DNA from: an uncultured Bacteroidales bacterium
Lineage (GTDB): Bacteria > Bacteroidota > Bacteroidia > Bacteroidales > ML635J-15
DNA: 58,466 nucleotides
NCBI GenBank assembly: GCA_964493875.1
Contig: CAZBPT010000004.1
Span: 1 to 58,466, forward strand
Reading direction: 5' to 3'
The translations under genes and the position numbers were made by a program. Positions 1-9,582 of the stretch are shown piece after piece. A model generated the notes under the pieces. That model did not search any database and was not told where the DNA came from. It saw only the letters and a list, made by a program, of their open reading frames with translations. Position 1 is the stretch's first letter; each line of letters starts with the position of its first letter.

Positions 1-37
1 ACACCAACGCCGTTACTATTAAAGAAATTTTTTTCAT
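1..37 (-). CDS. First 12 codons of a secreted protein or lipoprotein gene that runs off the left edge
   Basis: Minus-strand ATG at 37-35, 22 nt downstream of the stop of the 653-aa PPIase gene. It reads MKKISLIVTALV, a typical signal-peptide start. Too short to name. Confidence 0.3.
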   Translation of the reverse strand, partial: MKKISLIVTALV

Positions 38-59
38 AATATTCAATTATATATAATGA

Positions 60-2021
60 TTATTTTACTAAAGATTTTAACACATCATCGTGAATCGCAA
101 CGTTATATTTTTTATTCAAATCGTTGATCCACTTTTCTTCTAATACTTTTTGATAATCTGCAATAACTGTACCTTTAGTTTCGGAAAGTTTTTTTATTTC
201 CGGAGAAATTACATTTATGGTTATTACATTAATTTTATTTTCATTGTTTTCTACAATAATTTTAGAAAATAATTTTTTTTCCGGAATATTATATTTTGAA
301 ATGTAATTTTCAATATTACTGTCACTGTTCTTTTCTCCAAAATATTTTTTAAGAACAACAACAGCAGTTGAATCTTTTAGATTTATTTTTTTAGTAATTT
401 CTTCGTCGCTTGATTTTTTCTTTGCCAGTTTTTGTACCGACTTTGCAACTTTGCTGTCCTTACATTCATAATTAACAATATTATAACGATAATTCCACAT
501 GTAATTATTTTTATTTTCGTTATAAAATTTTTCTAAACCAACAGTATCTTTAACTGCTTTACCCCAAATTTTCTCATCAGATATTTGGAATAAGAGCATT
601 CCGTCATGGTATTCCGAGATAATATTTTTAAATTCAGGATATTTTAATTCTAATTTTGAAATTTCGTATTTTGTTAAAACATCTTCTTCAAACATTCTAA
701 GTCTTTCTGCAATAAAAGATTTCATCGGCACAATATTTTGTCTTCTGTTATATTTCATAACATAGTTGATAAAATCTTTTTGATAATAAACCTTATCTGC
801 GAAAGTGATAATTGGTTTAGTGTAGCTGTCAATATTTTCAACAACTAATGTGCCTTTAAATATAGAATCTGTGAATAAAGGGGAGATTGCATCTAAATTT
901 TCTTGAACTTTTTTATAATTAGTTTCATTTTTAATTCTTTCAAGAACAAGAGTTTTACTTTTTTGAGTTCTTACAGTATTTTGAATTTTTGCTGCAATTT
1001 CATTTCTTATTTCTTCATAAGGTTTTACGGCTTCAATTTCCAATAATTTAACTATATGAAAGCCATAATGAGTTTCAACTAAATCAATATCGCCGATATT
1101 TTTCAGATTAAAAACGGCTTCTTTAAAAACAGGAATATATCTACTGCTAATTTCCACCCAGCCAAGTTCTCCTTTTTTACTTGCAGTACGTTTATCTTCA
1201 CTATATTTTACAACAGCATCTTCAAAACTTAGTTTTGAATTTTTAATACTGTCATATACAGCAAAAACCATGTCTCTAGTTTTTTTTCTGTCATTTACTG
1301 AAACTCCTTCTGGAACCACATTCATAATATGAGCAACTTTATATTTTCCTTTTGAAGGTACTTTTGAGTTTACTTTAACAATGTGATAACCGAAAGAGCT
1401 TCTAAATGGTTTTGAAATTTTTCCTACTTCGGTGTTATACATGGCATTTTCGAATGGATAAACGTATTGATCAACAGAACTGAAGCCAAGATTTCCTTTG
1501 TTGTTTGTTACAGATTTATCTTGTGAATATTTCACTGCAAATTTTTCAAAATCGTTAACGTTTTTTATTTCTTCGTAAATGTCCCAGATTTTATTGTACG
1601 CTTCTAAAGTATCATCATTATTGCCGGCGGGCGTTTGAATAAGGATATGACTGCAATCTACAACATAAGACAAGCGGTCGTAATATTCACGAATTGCTTC
1701 TTCTTCATTTTTTTTGTCGGTTAAATATGGTTGAGCCAATTTAGTACGATAGCCATTAAGTTCATTTATGAAATTTTTTGAAGTATCCATTTTCATAGAT
1801 TCTGCTTCATATACTTTCATCTTAAATTTAACAAACATATCCATGTAATCTCTTAGTTCTTTGTAGCTGTAAGCATCCTTTGAATTGTTGTTTTTTAAAA
1901 AGAAGTACATAAATTCATCATCGGTAATTTTTCGGTCTCCAATTTCCAAAACTGTTTTACTTTGTGATAACAAAGAGAATGAGAAGAAAAGTGATAAGAA
2001 ATACAAAAATATTTTTTTCAT
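60..2021 (-). CDS. Secreted SurA-like / PpiC (parvulin)-type peptidyl-prolyl isomerase
   Basis: 653-aa ORF with an N-terminal signal peptide (MKKIFLYFLSLFFSFSLLSQ). Two parvulin-like blocks are present (SHILIQ...FGYHIVKV and AHIMNV...YGFHIVKL). Confidence 0.8.
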   Translation of the reverse strand: MKKIFLYFLSLFFSFSLLSQSKTVLEIGDRKITDDEFMYFFLKNNNSKDAYSYKELRDYMDMFVKFKMKVYEAESMKMDTSKNFINELNGYRTKLAQPYLTDKKNEEEAIREYYDRLSYVVDCSHILIQTPAGNNDDTLEAYNKIWDIYEEIKNVNDFEKFAVKYSQDKSVTNNKGNLGFSSVDQYVYPFENAMYNTEVGKISKPFRSSFGYHIVKVNSKVPSKGKYKVAHIMNVVPEGVSVNDRKKTRDMVFAVYDSIKNSKLSFEDAVVKYSEDKRTASKKGELGWVEISSRYIPVFKEAVFNLKNIGDIDLVETHYGFHIVKLLEIEAVKPYEEIRNEIAAKIQNTVRTQKSKTLVLERIKNETNYKKVQENLDAISPLFTDSIFKGTLVVENIDSYTKPIITFADKVYYQKDFINYVMKYNRRQNIVPMKSFIAERLRMFEEDVLTKYEISKLELKYPEFKNIISEYHDGMLLFQISDEKIWGKAVKDTVGLEKFYNENKNNYMWNYRYNIVNYECKDSKVAKSVQKLAKKKSSDEEITKKINLKDSTAVVVLKKYFGEKNSDSNIENYISKYNIPEKKLFSKIIVENNENKINVITINVISPEIKKLSETKGTVIADYQKVLEEKWINDLNKKYNVAIHDDVLKSLVK

Positions 2022-2134
2022 TGAAAATATTAATTAATTATTAAATACGAAAATAAGTTTTTTTTTTCTTTATTCAAAATTTTTATAAAGTTTTTTCAAT
2101 ATTATTTTCACTTGTGCCAATAATAGAAAGCATA

Positions 2135-2251
2135 ATAAAAAAAATCTTATTATTGACTGTTTAACAAAATAAAAAAAAGCCAATTTCTTGGCTTTTTTGT
2201 ATTGTTCGAAGAAAAAATTTTATTATAAACCTAAAACAGTCTTACCTTGTT
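2135..2251. repeat. Direct repeat copy 1: duplicate of the M49 peptidase gene's 3' end plus its terminator
   Basis: Core 2146-2251 aligns with 3023-3126 at roughly 90 percent identity by eye. It contains a relic of the last 9 codons plus stop (QGKTVLGL*, 2223-2249) of the gene at 3098-4756. Confidence 0.85.
2171..2198 (-). terminator. Hairpin terminator downstream of the PKD lipoprotein gene
   Basis: The sequence aaaaaagccaa-tttc-ttggctttttt is a perfect hairpin with A/T runs on both sides. It lies 54 nt beyond the stop at 2252. Confidence 0.55.
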
Positions 2252-2953
2252 CTAATTATTATTTTTTACACCAGAATATCTGTACTCTGTATGACCACTA
2301 TGCCCACCTATAACAAAATATAAATAAACACTATCGTTTACAAAATTTCCATTAAAACCCCACAGTCCAGATGAATCATAGGAAGAATTAAAAGATCCAT
2401 CCTCTTTCAATAATGCAGTGACAACAGAACCTGACGGTATCTGTTTTGGGATCATAGACATTATAAGTAAAGAATCTCCTGTCTTTTCTACTTCAACTAT
2501 ATCAGTAACGGTATCATAACTTATTATTAAATCATTATTAGAATTATAACCATAATTTTTCTTATAAACATCACAATTATAAAAACCAACCCTTTTATCT
2601 CTATAATCATATACTTTGAAAGTCTTTTTTACGTAATTAGCATTATCATCTTTATCTCTCAAAATAACTTCGTAAGTACTATCTGTTTCATATTCATGGG
2701 TAGGATTTTTTTCTTCCGAAGTACTACCATCTCCAAATTCCCAAAAGAATTTGTCATAACCTATTGATGTATTATTGAACTGTACAATACATGGAGCAAT
2801 AGTATCTTCACAAATAATTTCAAAAGATAACTTTTTTAATGTATTTATTTCCTCATTGTTTTCTTCATTGTATTCTTCTTCGCCATCACATGATTGTATG
2901 AATGGCACAGACATAATTAAAAGGGCTGTAATGATAAATATATTATTTTTCAT
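2252..2953 (-). CDS. PKD-domain lipoprotein
   Basis: The ORF is open to 3001, but the ATG at 2953 gives MKNNIFIITALLIMSVPFIQSC, a signal peptide with a lipobox Cys. A PKD signature is present (FWEFGDGSTSEEKNPTHEY). Confidence 0.8.
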   Translation of the reverse strand: MKNNIFIITALLIMSVPFIQSCDGEEEYNEENNEEINTLKKLSFEIICEDTIAPCIVQFNNTSIGYDKFFWEFGDGSTSEEKNPTHEYETDSTYEVILRDKDDNANYVKKTFKVYDYRDKRVGFYNCDVYKKNYGYNSNNDLIISYDTVTDIVEVEKTGDSLLIMSMIPKQIPSGSVVTALLKEDGSFNSSYDSSGLWGFNGNFVNDSVYLYFVIGGHSGHTEYRYSGVKNNN

Positions 2954-3014
2954 AATTAGTAAAATTTTATACAATGTAACCTTTTTTTGTGATAAAAGCA
3001 ATTTTTTTCGATAA

Positions 3015-3126
3015 ATAAAAAACTTATTATTGACTGTTTCACAAAATAAAAAAAGCCAATTTCTTGGCCTTTTTATATTGTTCGAAGATAGAATTTATTA
3101 TAAACCTAAAACAGTCTTACCTTGTT
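3015..3126. repeat. Direct repeat copy 2: the functional 3' end and terminator of the M49 peptidase gene
   Basis: Partner of 2135-2251. It is continuous with the intact ORF 3098-4756. Confidence 0.85.
3048..3074 (-). terminator. Hairpin terminator of the M49 peptidase gene
   Basis: The sequence aaaaaagccaa-tttc-ttggcc-ttttt is the same hairpin as at 2171-2198, with one bulged C. It lies 24 nt beyond the stop at 3098. Confidence 0.5.
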
Positions 3127-4756
3127 TGAAAACAATATCTCTTGGGATATTTTCATTTGCAACTTTATCAAGAGAAGCTTGTAGTTGAGCATCAATAGAA
3201 AGAGCTTTGTCAACCATTGCTTTTGCAGCTGCTTTGTCACCATCGCCTTGAATTTTTAAAATAGTTCCTTCTAAAGATTCTACAGCAGCTTTCATTTTAT
3301 CAAAATTAACTTTATATTTTCCTGTTTCAGCATTAAATTCAAAAGCTCCATTATCGCGGAAATAGTAGAATTGAATTAGGTTACTTTGTCCGTGAGCTTC
3401 AGAAGCACCAAAACGAATTGAGCGGAAAATACCTGCCAAAAAAGTAACATAATTATCCATCAAATCTTTACCAGGAAGTTCTCCCATTTCTGCAAGTTTA
3501 GTAACGATATACAAACCGCCAAGATCTGCTTTTGCTTCTTCTACTGCACTGTAATATTCACCAATAACTTCACGAACCGGTTTATTGTCTTTAATAGTAT
3601 TTTTTATACCTAAACCGTGAGCAACTTCATGGAACATAACATTTTGGAAGAAAGCATCTTCAAATTTAATATGTTTTGTTTGACTTTCATCAATTAACAA
3701 ATTAGCAATTGGAACAAGAATTTTGTCAAATTTTGCTTGCATTGTATTTTTAAGTTGCAATTTACGAGAACCTTTAGCAAGATGTACTCTTGGGTCGTTA
3801 GGCAAGTTGATAGCGATATTTTTTCCTGCAACATTACAATCTCCTGCATAATAAATCACATTATAAACATTAAGATCTCCAAGACCGGGTTTTTCTTTTT
3901 TATATTCTGGATCTACAGGAAGACTTTCTTGCAATTTTGGTAATAAAGCAGTGAAATGTTCAAGTTTTTTTGTCCATTCAATGTCTTTCAATAAAATTTG
4001 ACCGTTATGAGAAGCTTTAATTCCTCTAAAACCGTCTTCATAAGTTTCGATAGGACCAACAACAAAATCAATTAAATTTGTTTTCATGTCCATCCAAGCC
4101 AAATCGCTTTCCAAATAATCATCGGTACGTAAAGCAGTTGCTCTAAGTTTTAAATAAGTTTTAAAGCCTTCATCTTCTGCAAGTTCTGAAGCTTCTTCCA
4201 ATAATTTTGCAGCTTTTTCGATTTGTTCTGCATATTCTTCGTGATACCAAACAACGAATAATTTTCCATCTTTATCGCGTCTGATAAAAGTATAGTCGCT
4301 ATTTTTATTGCTATCTTCAAGAGCATTAAATTCTTCTTCTGTAATATCCTTTGGATAGAAATTGGCACCTTTAGGTTTTAAGCTATCAAAACCAGATAAA
4401 AAAACTTTTTCGTTATCAAGACGGTCATAAGCTCCGTAATTAATTTCTGCAAATCTTCTGGATAAAGAATCTGGAATTTGGCTTAAGAATTCTTCTTTGC
4501 TTACACCTGTAGCATCTTTCCAAAACAAATCGTCCATAATATCTGAACATTCAATTAATTTTGCAATAAGTAATTTTTGGTTTTCAGAAAGATAAGATAA
4601 GTCGGCAGAAAGTTCAACTTCTGCATATTCGTCAACTAATTTTTGCATTTCACTGTTTTCTGTTTTATTGGCCTCTTGTTTAACAGTTTGCTTACAACTA
4701 TATAAGGAAGTAAGAATCACAACAGGCACAATAATTAATACCATAATTTTTTTCAT
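3098..4756 (-). CDS. M49 / dipeptidyl-peptidase III family zinc metallopeptidase, lipoprotein
   Basis: 552-aa ORF with a signal peptide and Cys (VVILTSLYSC). It has a HExxH-type motif (MFHEVAHGLG) followed by a second acidic zinc-ligand block (VEEAKADLGG). Confidence 0.65.
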   Translation of the reverse strand: MKKIMVLIIVPVVILTSLYSCKQTVKQEANKTENSEMQKLVDEYAEVELSADLSYLSENQKLLIAKLIECSDIMDDLFWKDATGVSKEEFLSQIPDSLSRRFAEINYGAYDRLDNEKVFLSGFDSLKPKGANFYPKDITEEEFNALEDSNKNSDYTFIRRDKDGKLFVVWYHEEYAEQIEKAAKLLEEASELAEDEGFKTYLKLRATALRTDDYLESDLAWMDMKTNLIDFVVGPIETYEDGFRGIKASHNGQILLKDIEWTKKLEHFTALLPKLQESLPVDPEYKKEKPGLGDLNVYNVIYYAGDCNVAGKNIAINLPNDPRVHLAKGSRKLQLKNTMQAKFDKILVPIANLLIDESQTKHIKFEDAFFQNVMFHEVAHGLGIKNTIKDNKPVREVIGEYYSAVEEAKADLGGLYIVTKLAEMGELPGKDLMDNYVTFLAGIFRSIRFGASEAHGQSNLIQFYYFRDNGAFEFNAETGKYKVNFDKMKAAVESLEGTILKIQGDGDKAAAKAMVDKALSIDAQLQASLDKVANENIPRDIVFKQGKTVLGL

Positions 4757-4853
4757 AAATTTTTTTTGTAAAATTATAAAAAAAAACGCTAATAAAAAAA
4801 ATTATTTAATCGTTAAAAAATGTTTATTTAAAGAAATCGATATTTTACAATAA

Positions 4854-4861
4854 CAAAAGTA
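4854..4861 (-). promoter_or_regulatory. Candidate Bacteroidota -7 promoter motif (TACTTTTG on minus strand) for the M49 peptidase gene
   Basis: CAAAAGTA on the plus strand is the reverse complement of TAnnTTTG. It lies about 98 nt upstream of the start at 4756. Confidence 0.35.
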
Positions 4862-4863
4862 AA

Positions 4864-4871
4864 TATCTTTG
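4864..4871 (+). promoter_or_regulatory. Candidate -7 promoter motif TATCTTTG for the LiaF-like/HK/RR operon
   Basis: Exact match to TAnnTTTG, 16 nt upstream of the ATG at 4888. Confidence 0.5.
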
Positions 4872-4887
4872 TAATGAAGGAAAAACT

Positions 4888-5661
4888 ATGATTAATCGAC
4901 GAGGAAATATCGAACAGAAAAAAATATTATGGAAAATCCATAATACCACTAAGCATTGTCTGATTTTTATGGCATTATTATTAATAGCCACAGGAACTAC
5001 TATTTTCTTAAACAACATGAGCATAATTACAGATACTACATTCGATCTTATTTTTTCTTGGCATACATTACTAATAATTTTAGGAATGCTCTTTTTGATA
5101 GTATCCAGATTAAGATTTTGGTTTTTGCCTGTATTATTAATTATATTTGGAATAATCTTTTTAATGGAAAGCATTTTTGGGGACTTTAGCAAAAATATTT
5201 GGGCATTAATGCTAATAGCTCTCGGAATTCTTTTGTTTATAAAAATTATTATACCAAAAAGGATGTATTTTCCAAATAAGGGAAAAAACATAAAGGATAC
5301 TGATGAAATTACAATTTCTGAAAACTCAATAAAAAAATCTGCAAATTTTTCACAATTAGTAATTAATTGTGACAGCAAAAATTTCAAAGGAGGTACAATA
5401 AATTTAATATTTTGTAGTTGTGAAATAGATTTACGTAATGCCGAATTGGCAGAAGGAATTAATATTTTACAAATAAATTGTGTTTTCAGTAAAATAAAAA
5501 TATATTTACCCAAAACCTGGGATATCAGTTATGAATCGAGTGACGTTTTTGGAAGCATTAACAACAAAAGAAAAATAAAAATTTTTGATAACGGAGAGAA
5601 AAGCCGGAAACTAGTAATAAAATCGGAAATGCTTTTTGGTGGTGGCGAAATATTAGATTAA
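4888..5661 (+). CDS. LiaF-like membrane protein (cell wall-active antibiotic response, DUF2154-type C-terminus)
   Basis: 257 aa with an N-terminal multi-TM region. The C-terminal beta-rich block (INLIFCSCEIDLRNAELAEGINILQINCVFSKIKIYLP) resembles the LiaF C-terminal domain. It sits immediately upstream of a LytS-type kinase. Confidence 0.6.
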   Translation: MINRRGNIEQKKILWKIHNTTKHCLIFMALLLIATGTTIFLNNMSIITDTTFDLIFSWHTLLIILGMLFLIVSRLRFWFLPVLLIIFGIIFLMESIFGDFSKNIWALMLIALGILLFIKIIIPKRMYFPNKGKNIKDTDEITISENSIKKSANFSQLVINCDSKNFKGGTINLIFCSCEIDLRNAELAEGINILQINCVFSKIKIYLPKTWDISYESSDVFGSINNKRKIKIFDNGEKSRKLVIKSEMLFGGGEILD

Positions 5662-5670
5662 CAATATACT

Positions 5671-6735
5671 ATGAAATTTGAGCTTAAATATCGCACTTTT
5701 TATAAATTATACGCTGCCATTTACGCGATAATATTAATTATAGTTCTTTCATTAGTATGCTTTGTCGCTAAAAATAATTTACCATTATACATATTATTTT
5801 TCTTTTTCTCCATAACTATTTTTTTCGTTATTGGAATAGGAATATGGCATATAATAATAATGCAAAAACATAAAAAAGGGATATTATTAAATATTTTTAA
5901 TTATTTTATCCTAGGTGTTTTTGTGGTATTAATGTGGAGCATATCAAATCATTTGCTATTAATCAGCATAAAAAAAATATTTGGGATATTACTATTTAAT
6001 AATCTTGCAGTATTTCCACATATTTTCATGGGTTCATTATTGTATATCATTGATGTATTATTTTTTTACTTATTACTTTTGTTTATAAAGTACAATGAAA
6101 AATCAGTTTCAGAAGAAAAATTAAAAGCGAAATTAATAGAAACAAGATTGAATACCTTAAAAGCATATATCAATCCACATTTTCTTTTCAATAGTTTGAA
6201 TTCTGTAAATGCTTTAATAAAAAGCGATGGCGACAGAGCAAGAGAAATGTTGGTAAATATTTCCAATTATTTTCGTTATAGCATAAAACAAAAAGACAAT
6301 AATTTTGTAACACTGGCCGAAGAATACAATAACGGGCTATTATTTCTTGAAATAGAAAAATTACGATTTATCGACAGAATAATATTGGAAGAAGATATTT
6401 CTAAAGAAGTGGTATCTTTATATATTCCAACAATGTTACTACAACCTATATTTGAAAATATAGTAAAACATGCCGTAGCTCCAAGTAACGATATCATTAC
6501 AATAAAATTTTCGGCAGCAATAATTTGTGACGATATAGAAATATCAATTTCGAATAATTATAATTCGGAACTAACATCAAGCAGCAGTAACGGTTTTGGA
6601 TTATCATCATTAGTAGAAAGGCTGTATCTTATTTACGATCGTGAAGAGATAATTAAAATTACAAAAACAAATACTAAATTTATAATAACAATTACAATTC
6701 CAATAATTACAGAAAATGAAATCAATAATAATTGA
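5671..6735 (+). CDS. LytS/YehU-family sensor histidine kinase
   Basis: 354 aa with about 5 N-terminal TM helices. It has a His_kinase block (INPHFLFNSLNSVNALI) and an HATPase-like C-terminus (GFGLSSLVERL). Confidence 0.85.
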   Translation: MKFELKYRTFYKLYAAIYAIILIIVLSLVCFVAKNNLPLYILFFFFSITIFFVIGIGIWHIIIMQKHKKGILLNIFNYFILGVFVVLMWSISNHLLLISIKKIFGILLFNNLAVFPHIFMGSLLYIIDVLFFYLLLLFIKYNEKSVSEEKLKAKLIETRLNTLKAYINPHFLFNSLNSVNALIKSDGDRAREMLVNISNYFRYSIKQKDNNFVTLAEEYNNGLLFLEIEKLRFIDRIILEEDISKEVVSLYIPTMLLQPIFENIVKHAVAPSNDIITIKFSAAIICDDIEISISNNYNSELTSSSSNGFGLSSLVERLYLIYDREEIIKITKTNTKFIITITIPIITENEINNN

Positions 6736-7435
6736 AGACGAACCATTAGCAATATCGATAATAAAAGAATTTCTTAGCGATTTCCCCGAAATAATGAATA
6801 TTGGAGAATACTATAACGGCAAAGCTGGATTGGAAGCAATTCTCGAAAAAAAACCGGATTTAGTATTTTTGGATATTCAGATGGGACAACTAACAGGCAT
6901 TGAGTTAATAGAAAAATTAGAAGTATTACCATTAATTATTTTTACTACCGCTTACGATGAGTATGCAGTAAAAGCCTTTGAAAAAAATGCTGTAGATTAT
7001 TTATTGAAACCATATTCAAAAAAACGTTTTGCTCAAGCAATAGAAAAAGCAAAAAGCAGATTTGCAGAAATGTCATCAAAAGATAATGCGAATAATAGCG
7101 AAAAATCAAAACTCGATCATATTCCAGTAAAAGAAGGCGACAGAACCTATATTATTCCTATAAAAGAAATTTCTTACATTCTTGCCGCCGAAGATTACAC
7201 TGTTATTGTTGCAAACAATAAAGAATATATTAAGCACGCAACGATGAAATATTTCGAAGAAAATTTACCAAAAGAGAAATTTATAAGAATTCATCGTTCA
7301 TCAATAATAAACATTGACTTTATCAAAGAAATAAATTCAGGGACAAAAATTGCCATGTCATTAACAATGAACAACGGTAAAATATTAAAAATTAGCAGAC
7401 AAGGAAACACCGAACTAAAAAACTTTTTAAAATAA
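6716..7435 (+). CDS. LytTR-family response regulator
   Basis: 239 aa with a receiver domain (IIEDEP...DLVFLDIQM...LKP) and a LytTR DNA-binding domain (FIRIHRSSIINIDFIKEI). It overlaps the kinase gene by 20 nt. Confidence 0.9.
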   Translation: MKSIIIEDEPLAISIIKEFLSDFPEIMNIGEYYNGKAGLEAILEKKPDLVFLDIQMGQLTGIELIEKLEVLPLIIFTTAYDEYAVKAFEKNAVDYLLKPYSKKRFAQAIEKAKSRFAEMSSKDNANNSEKSKLDHIPVKEGDRTYIIPIKEISYILAAEDYTVIVANNKEYIKHATMKYFEENLPKEKFIRIHRSSIINIDFIKEINSGTKIAMSLTMNNGKILKISRQGNTELKNFLK

Positions 7436-7486
7436 CTTTATCTTTATCTTTCTTTCACAAAAAAAATTTTTTTTCTAAAAATAATT

Positions 7487-7494
7487 TATCTTTG
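7487..7494 (+). promoter_or_regulatory. Candidate -7 promoter motif TATCTTTG
   Basis: Exact TAnnTTTG, 16 nt upstream of the ATG at 7511. Confidence 0.45.
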
Positions 7495-7510
7495 TATAAT
7501 ATTATACTTA

Positions 7511-8776
7511 ATGAAAATGAAACTTGTTTACTTGTTTATCTTGCTCGCTGTGATATGTTCTTGTACTCAAAACAAATACACAAGCCCTACTCCTACTACA
7601 AAAACAAAGTCATATAATTTTTCATATTTATACAATCCAAGTAAAGCTGCAATTACTTTCAGTCACAATATTTACTTTGACAGTGACAGCACTGCTACCG
7701 TATTTTTTGTTGCTTCGTTTAACAGTAAAAATTTTAAATCACGGGCAAATTATCCAAACGAAAAAAATGAGTTTATTATCAGATATGTACTCCGCGACAG
7801 CACAAATATTTTATGCGACAGTGCAACAATAAAATATCCTGCCAGCAACTCATTTGCCCCTATTTCAAACAGCTTTTCAATAAAAGTACCTAAAAAATCA
7901 AAATATAGATTAAATATGATGCTTTACGACAACAAAGAACAGTTTTCGCAACGCTATGTAACTATAATTACAAATTTCCAGGATTATTCTGCAAACGATT
8001 TTTTAATATACGAAGAAAACAAAATTGGCAGGAATATTAATTCAAAAAAATATTTAAAAACAAATCACGAATACACAATTTCCTGCAGAAAAGACTGTAG
8101 CATCAAAGTAGAATATTTTTCGGAAAAAAATTATGAATTCAACCCACCATATCAAATAAATATTAACAAAGAAACTACACTAATTGCTGATTCTACATTC
8201 TTATACACTTGCAACGATAAAATAACGTTTTCAAAATCCGGCAATTATATTTTTAAGGATACTGCAAGCGGGGAATATATTTTTGACATTGTCGCAAAAA
8301 ACAATTCATATCCTAACATAACTACTGTTAGAGAAATGATAGATCCAATATCATTATTTACGACAAACAAAATTGTAACAGAAATAAAAAACTCTGATAA
8401 TGTAAAAAATGCTATTGACAATTATTGGTTATCATTATCAAAAAGTGAAACTTTGGCAAAAGAGCAAATACGCGTATTTTATCGTCGTATAGAATTAGCC
8501 AACACATTTTTTACAGAAGACGAAGATGGATGGAAAAGTGACAGAGGAATGATATTTGTAATTTTTGGTCCTCCAACAATATTAAATCTTTCTGACGAAG
8601 GTGAAGAATGGTATTATGGTCAAGATCCAACAGTTGCAGGATTATTATTTACATTTGAAAAAAACATAAACACAAATAAAACAAGCAAATACAGATTAAT
8701 CAGAGACAACGCATATCAGCCTACATGGGCACAAGCAATATCTGTTTGGAAGAAAGGAAGAATTTTCTCACTTTAA
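7511..8776 (+). CDS. GWxTD-domain protein, secreted or lipoprotein
   Basis: 421 aa with a signal peptide and Cys (LLAVICSC). The C-terminal block EDEDGWKSDRGMIFVIFGPP matches the GWxTD signature. Confidence 0.7.
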   Translation: MKMKLVYLFILLAVICSCTQNKYTSPTPTTKTKSYNFSYLYNPSKAAITFSHNIYFDSDSTATVFFVASFNSKNFKSRANYPNEKNEFIIRYVLRDSTNILCDSATIKYPASNSFAPISNSFSIKVPKKSKYRLNMMLYDNKEQFSQRYVTIITNFQDYSANDFLIYEENKIGRNINSKKYLKTNHEYTISCRKDCSIKVEYFSEKNYEFNPPYQININKETTLIADSTFLYTCNDKITFSKSGNYIFKDTASGEYIFDIVAKNNSYPNITTVREMIDPISLFTTNKIVTEIKNSDNVKNAIDNYWLSLSKSETLAKEQIRVFYRRIELANTFFTEDEDGWKSDRGMIFVIFGPPTILNLSDEGEEWYYGQDPTVAGLLFTFEKNINTNKTSKYRLIRDNAYQPTWAQAISVWKKGRIFSL

Positions 8777-8801
8777 ATTTTTTAAATAAATTAAAATAAA
8801 T

Positions 8802-8809
8802 TAAATTTG
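8802..8809 (+). promoter_or_regulatory. Candidate -7 promoter motif TAAATTTG
   Basis: TAnnTTTG match 49 nt upstream of the ATG at 8859. Confidence 0.35.
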
Positions 8810-8858
8810 TGGCAACATATTTGTAATAAGGAAAAACATTAACTTAAAAATTATACCG

Positions 8859-9560
8859 ATGAAAAAAAACACATTATTAGTAGCTATTTTATTTATGATA
8901 GCATCATTAACCGGTTTCGCTCAAAAACCATTTGTTGGAACAATTTCTTATGCTATTGATTGCAGCAGCGAAGAAGAAATGGATCCACAAGTAAAAATGC
9001 AAATGCCAACAGGTCTATTAATCGCAACCGATGGAAATAAAGTTAGAGTAGAACAAACTTCTCCAATGTACAGCATGTCTAACATTGAAGATAAAAAAGC
9101 TGGAAACGGATTGATTTTATTGGACATGATGGGTCAAAAAATAAAAATTAAATTAGAAAAAAAAGACCTTGAAGAACAAAGAGCTAAACTTCTCGAACAA
9201 CAGAAAGATGCAGAACAACCAACAATAAATTATATTGAAGAAAGCAAAACAATTGCAGGAATCAAATGCAAAAAAGCAGAAATTGTTGATAAAGAAGGCA
9301 ATACAAATGAATTCTATTACACTACTGATTATAAAGTAGACAATACAATAGATGAAACTTTTACTTCACTTTTAACAACTAAAATTAATGGTATCCCAAT
9401 GGAATGGTCAAATACTATTAACGGAATAACAATAAAATACACTGTAAAAGAAATCACTACCAAAAAACCAAAAGGAAATTTGTTCTATGGAGATGACGAT
9501 TACAACGAAATTTCAATGGAAGAATTCCAACAGATGCTTGGCGGAGAAGTTGAAGAATAA
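8859..9560 (+). CDS. Hypothetical secreted protein
   Basis: 233 aa with a clear signal peptide (MKKNTLLVAILFMIASLTGFAQ). No motif that I can name. Followed by a strong hairpin terminator. Confidence 0.7.
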   Translation: MKKNTLLVAILFMIASLTGFAQKPFVGTISYAIDCSSEEEMDPQVKMQMPTGLLIATDGNKVRVEQTSPMYSMSNIEDKKAGNGLILLDMMGQKIKIKLEKKDLEEQRAKLLEQQKDAEQPTINYIEESKTIAGIKCKKAEIVDKEGNTNEFYYTTDYKVDNTIDETFTSLLTTKINGIPMEWSNTINGITIKYTVKEITTKKPKGNLFYGDDDYNEISMEEFQQMLGGEVEE

Positions 9561-9582
9561 TATTTAACATAAATTTTTAAAT

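Noticed and set aside
4845-5513. A 222-codon open frame on the minus strand, antisense to the LiaF-like gene, plus a third open frame at 4956-5189. This is surprisingly long for such AT-rich DNA.
   Set aside because: The plus-strand gene has a promoter motif, a coherent multi-TM topology and a LiaF-like C-terminal domain extending beyond 5513. The antisense translation is low-complexity Ile/Phe/Lys-rich with no motif, no upstream promoter motif and no sensible start context. It is most likely a by-product of codon bias in a membrane-protein gene.
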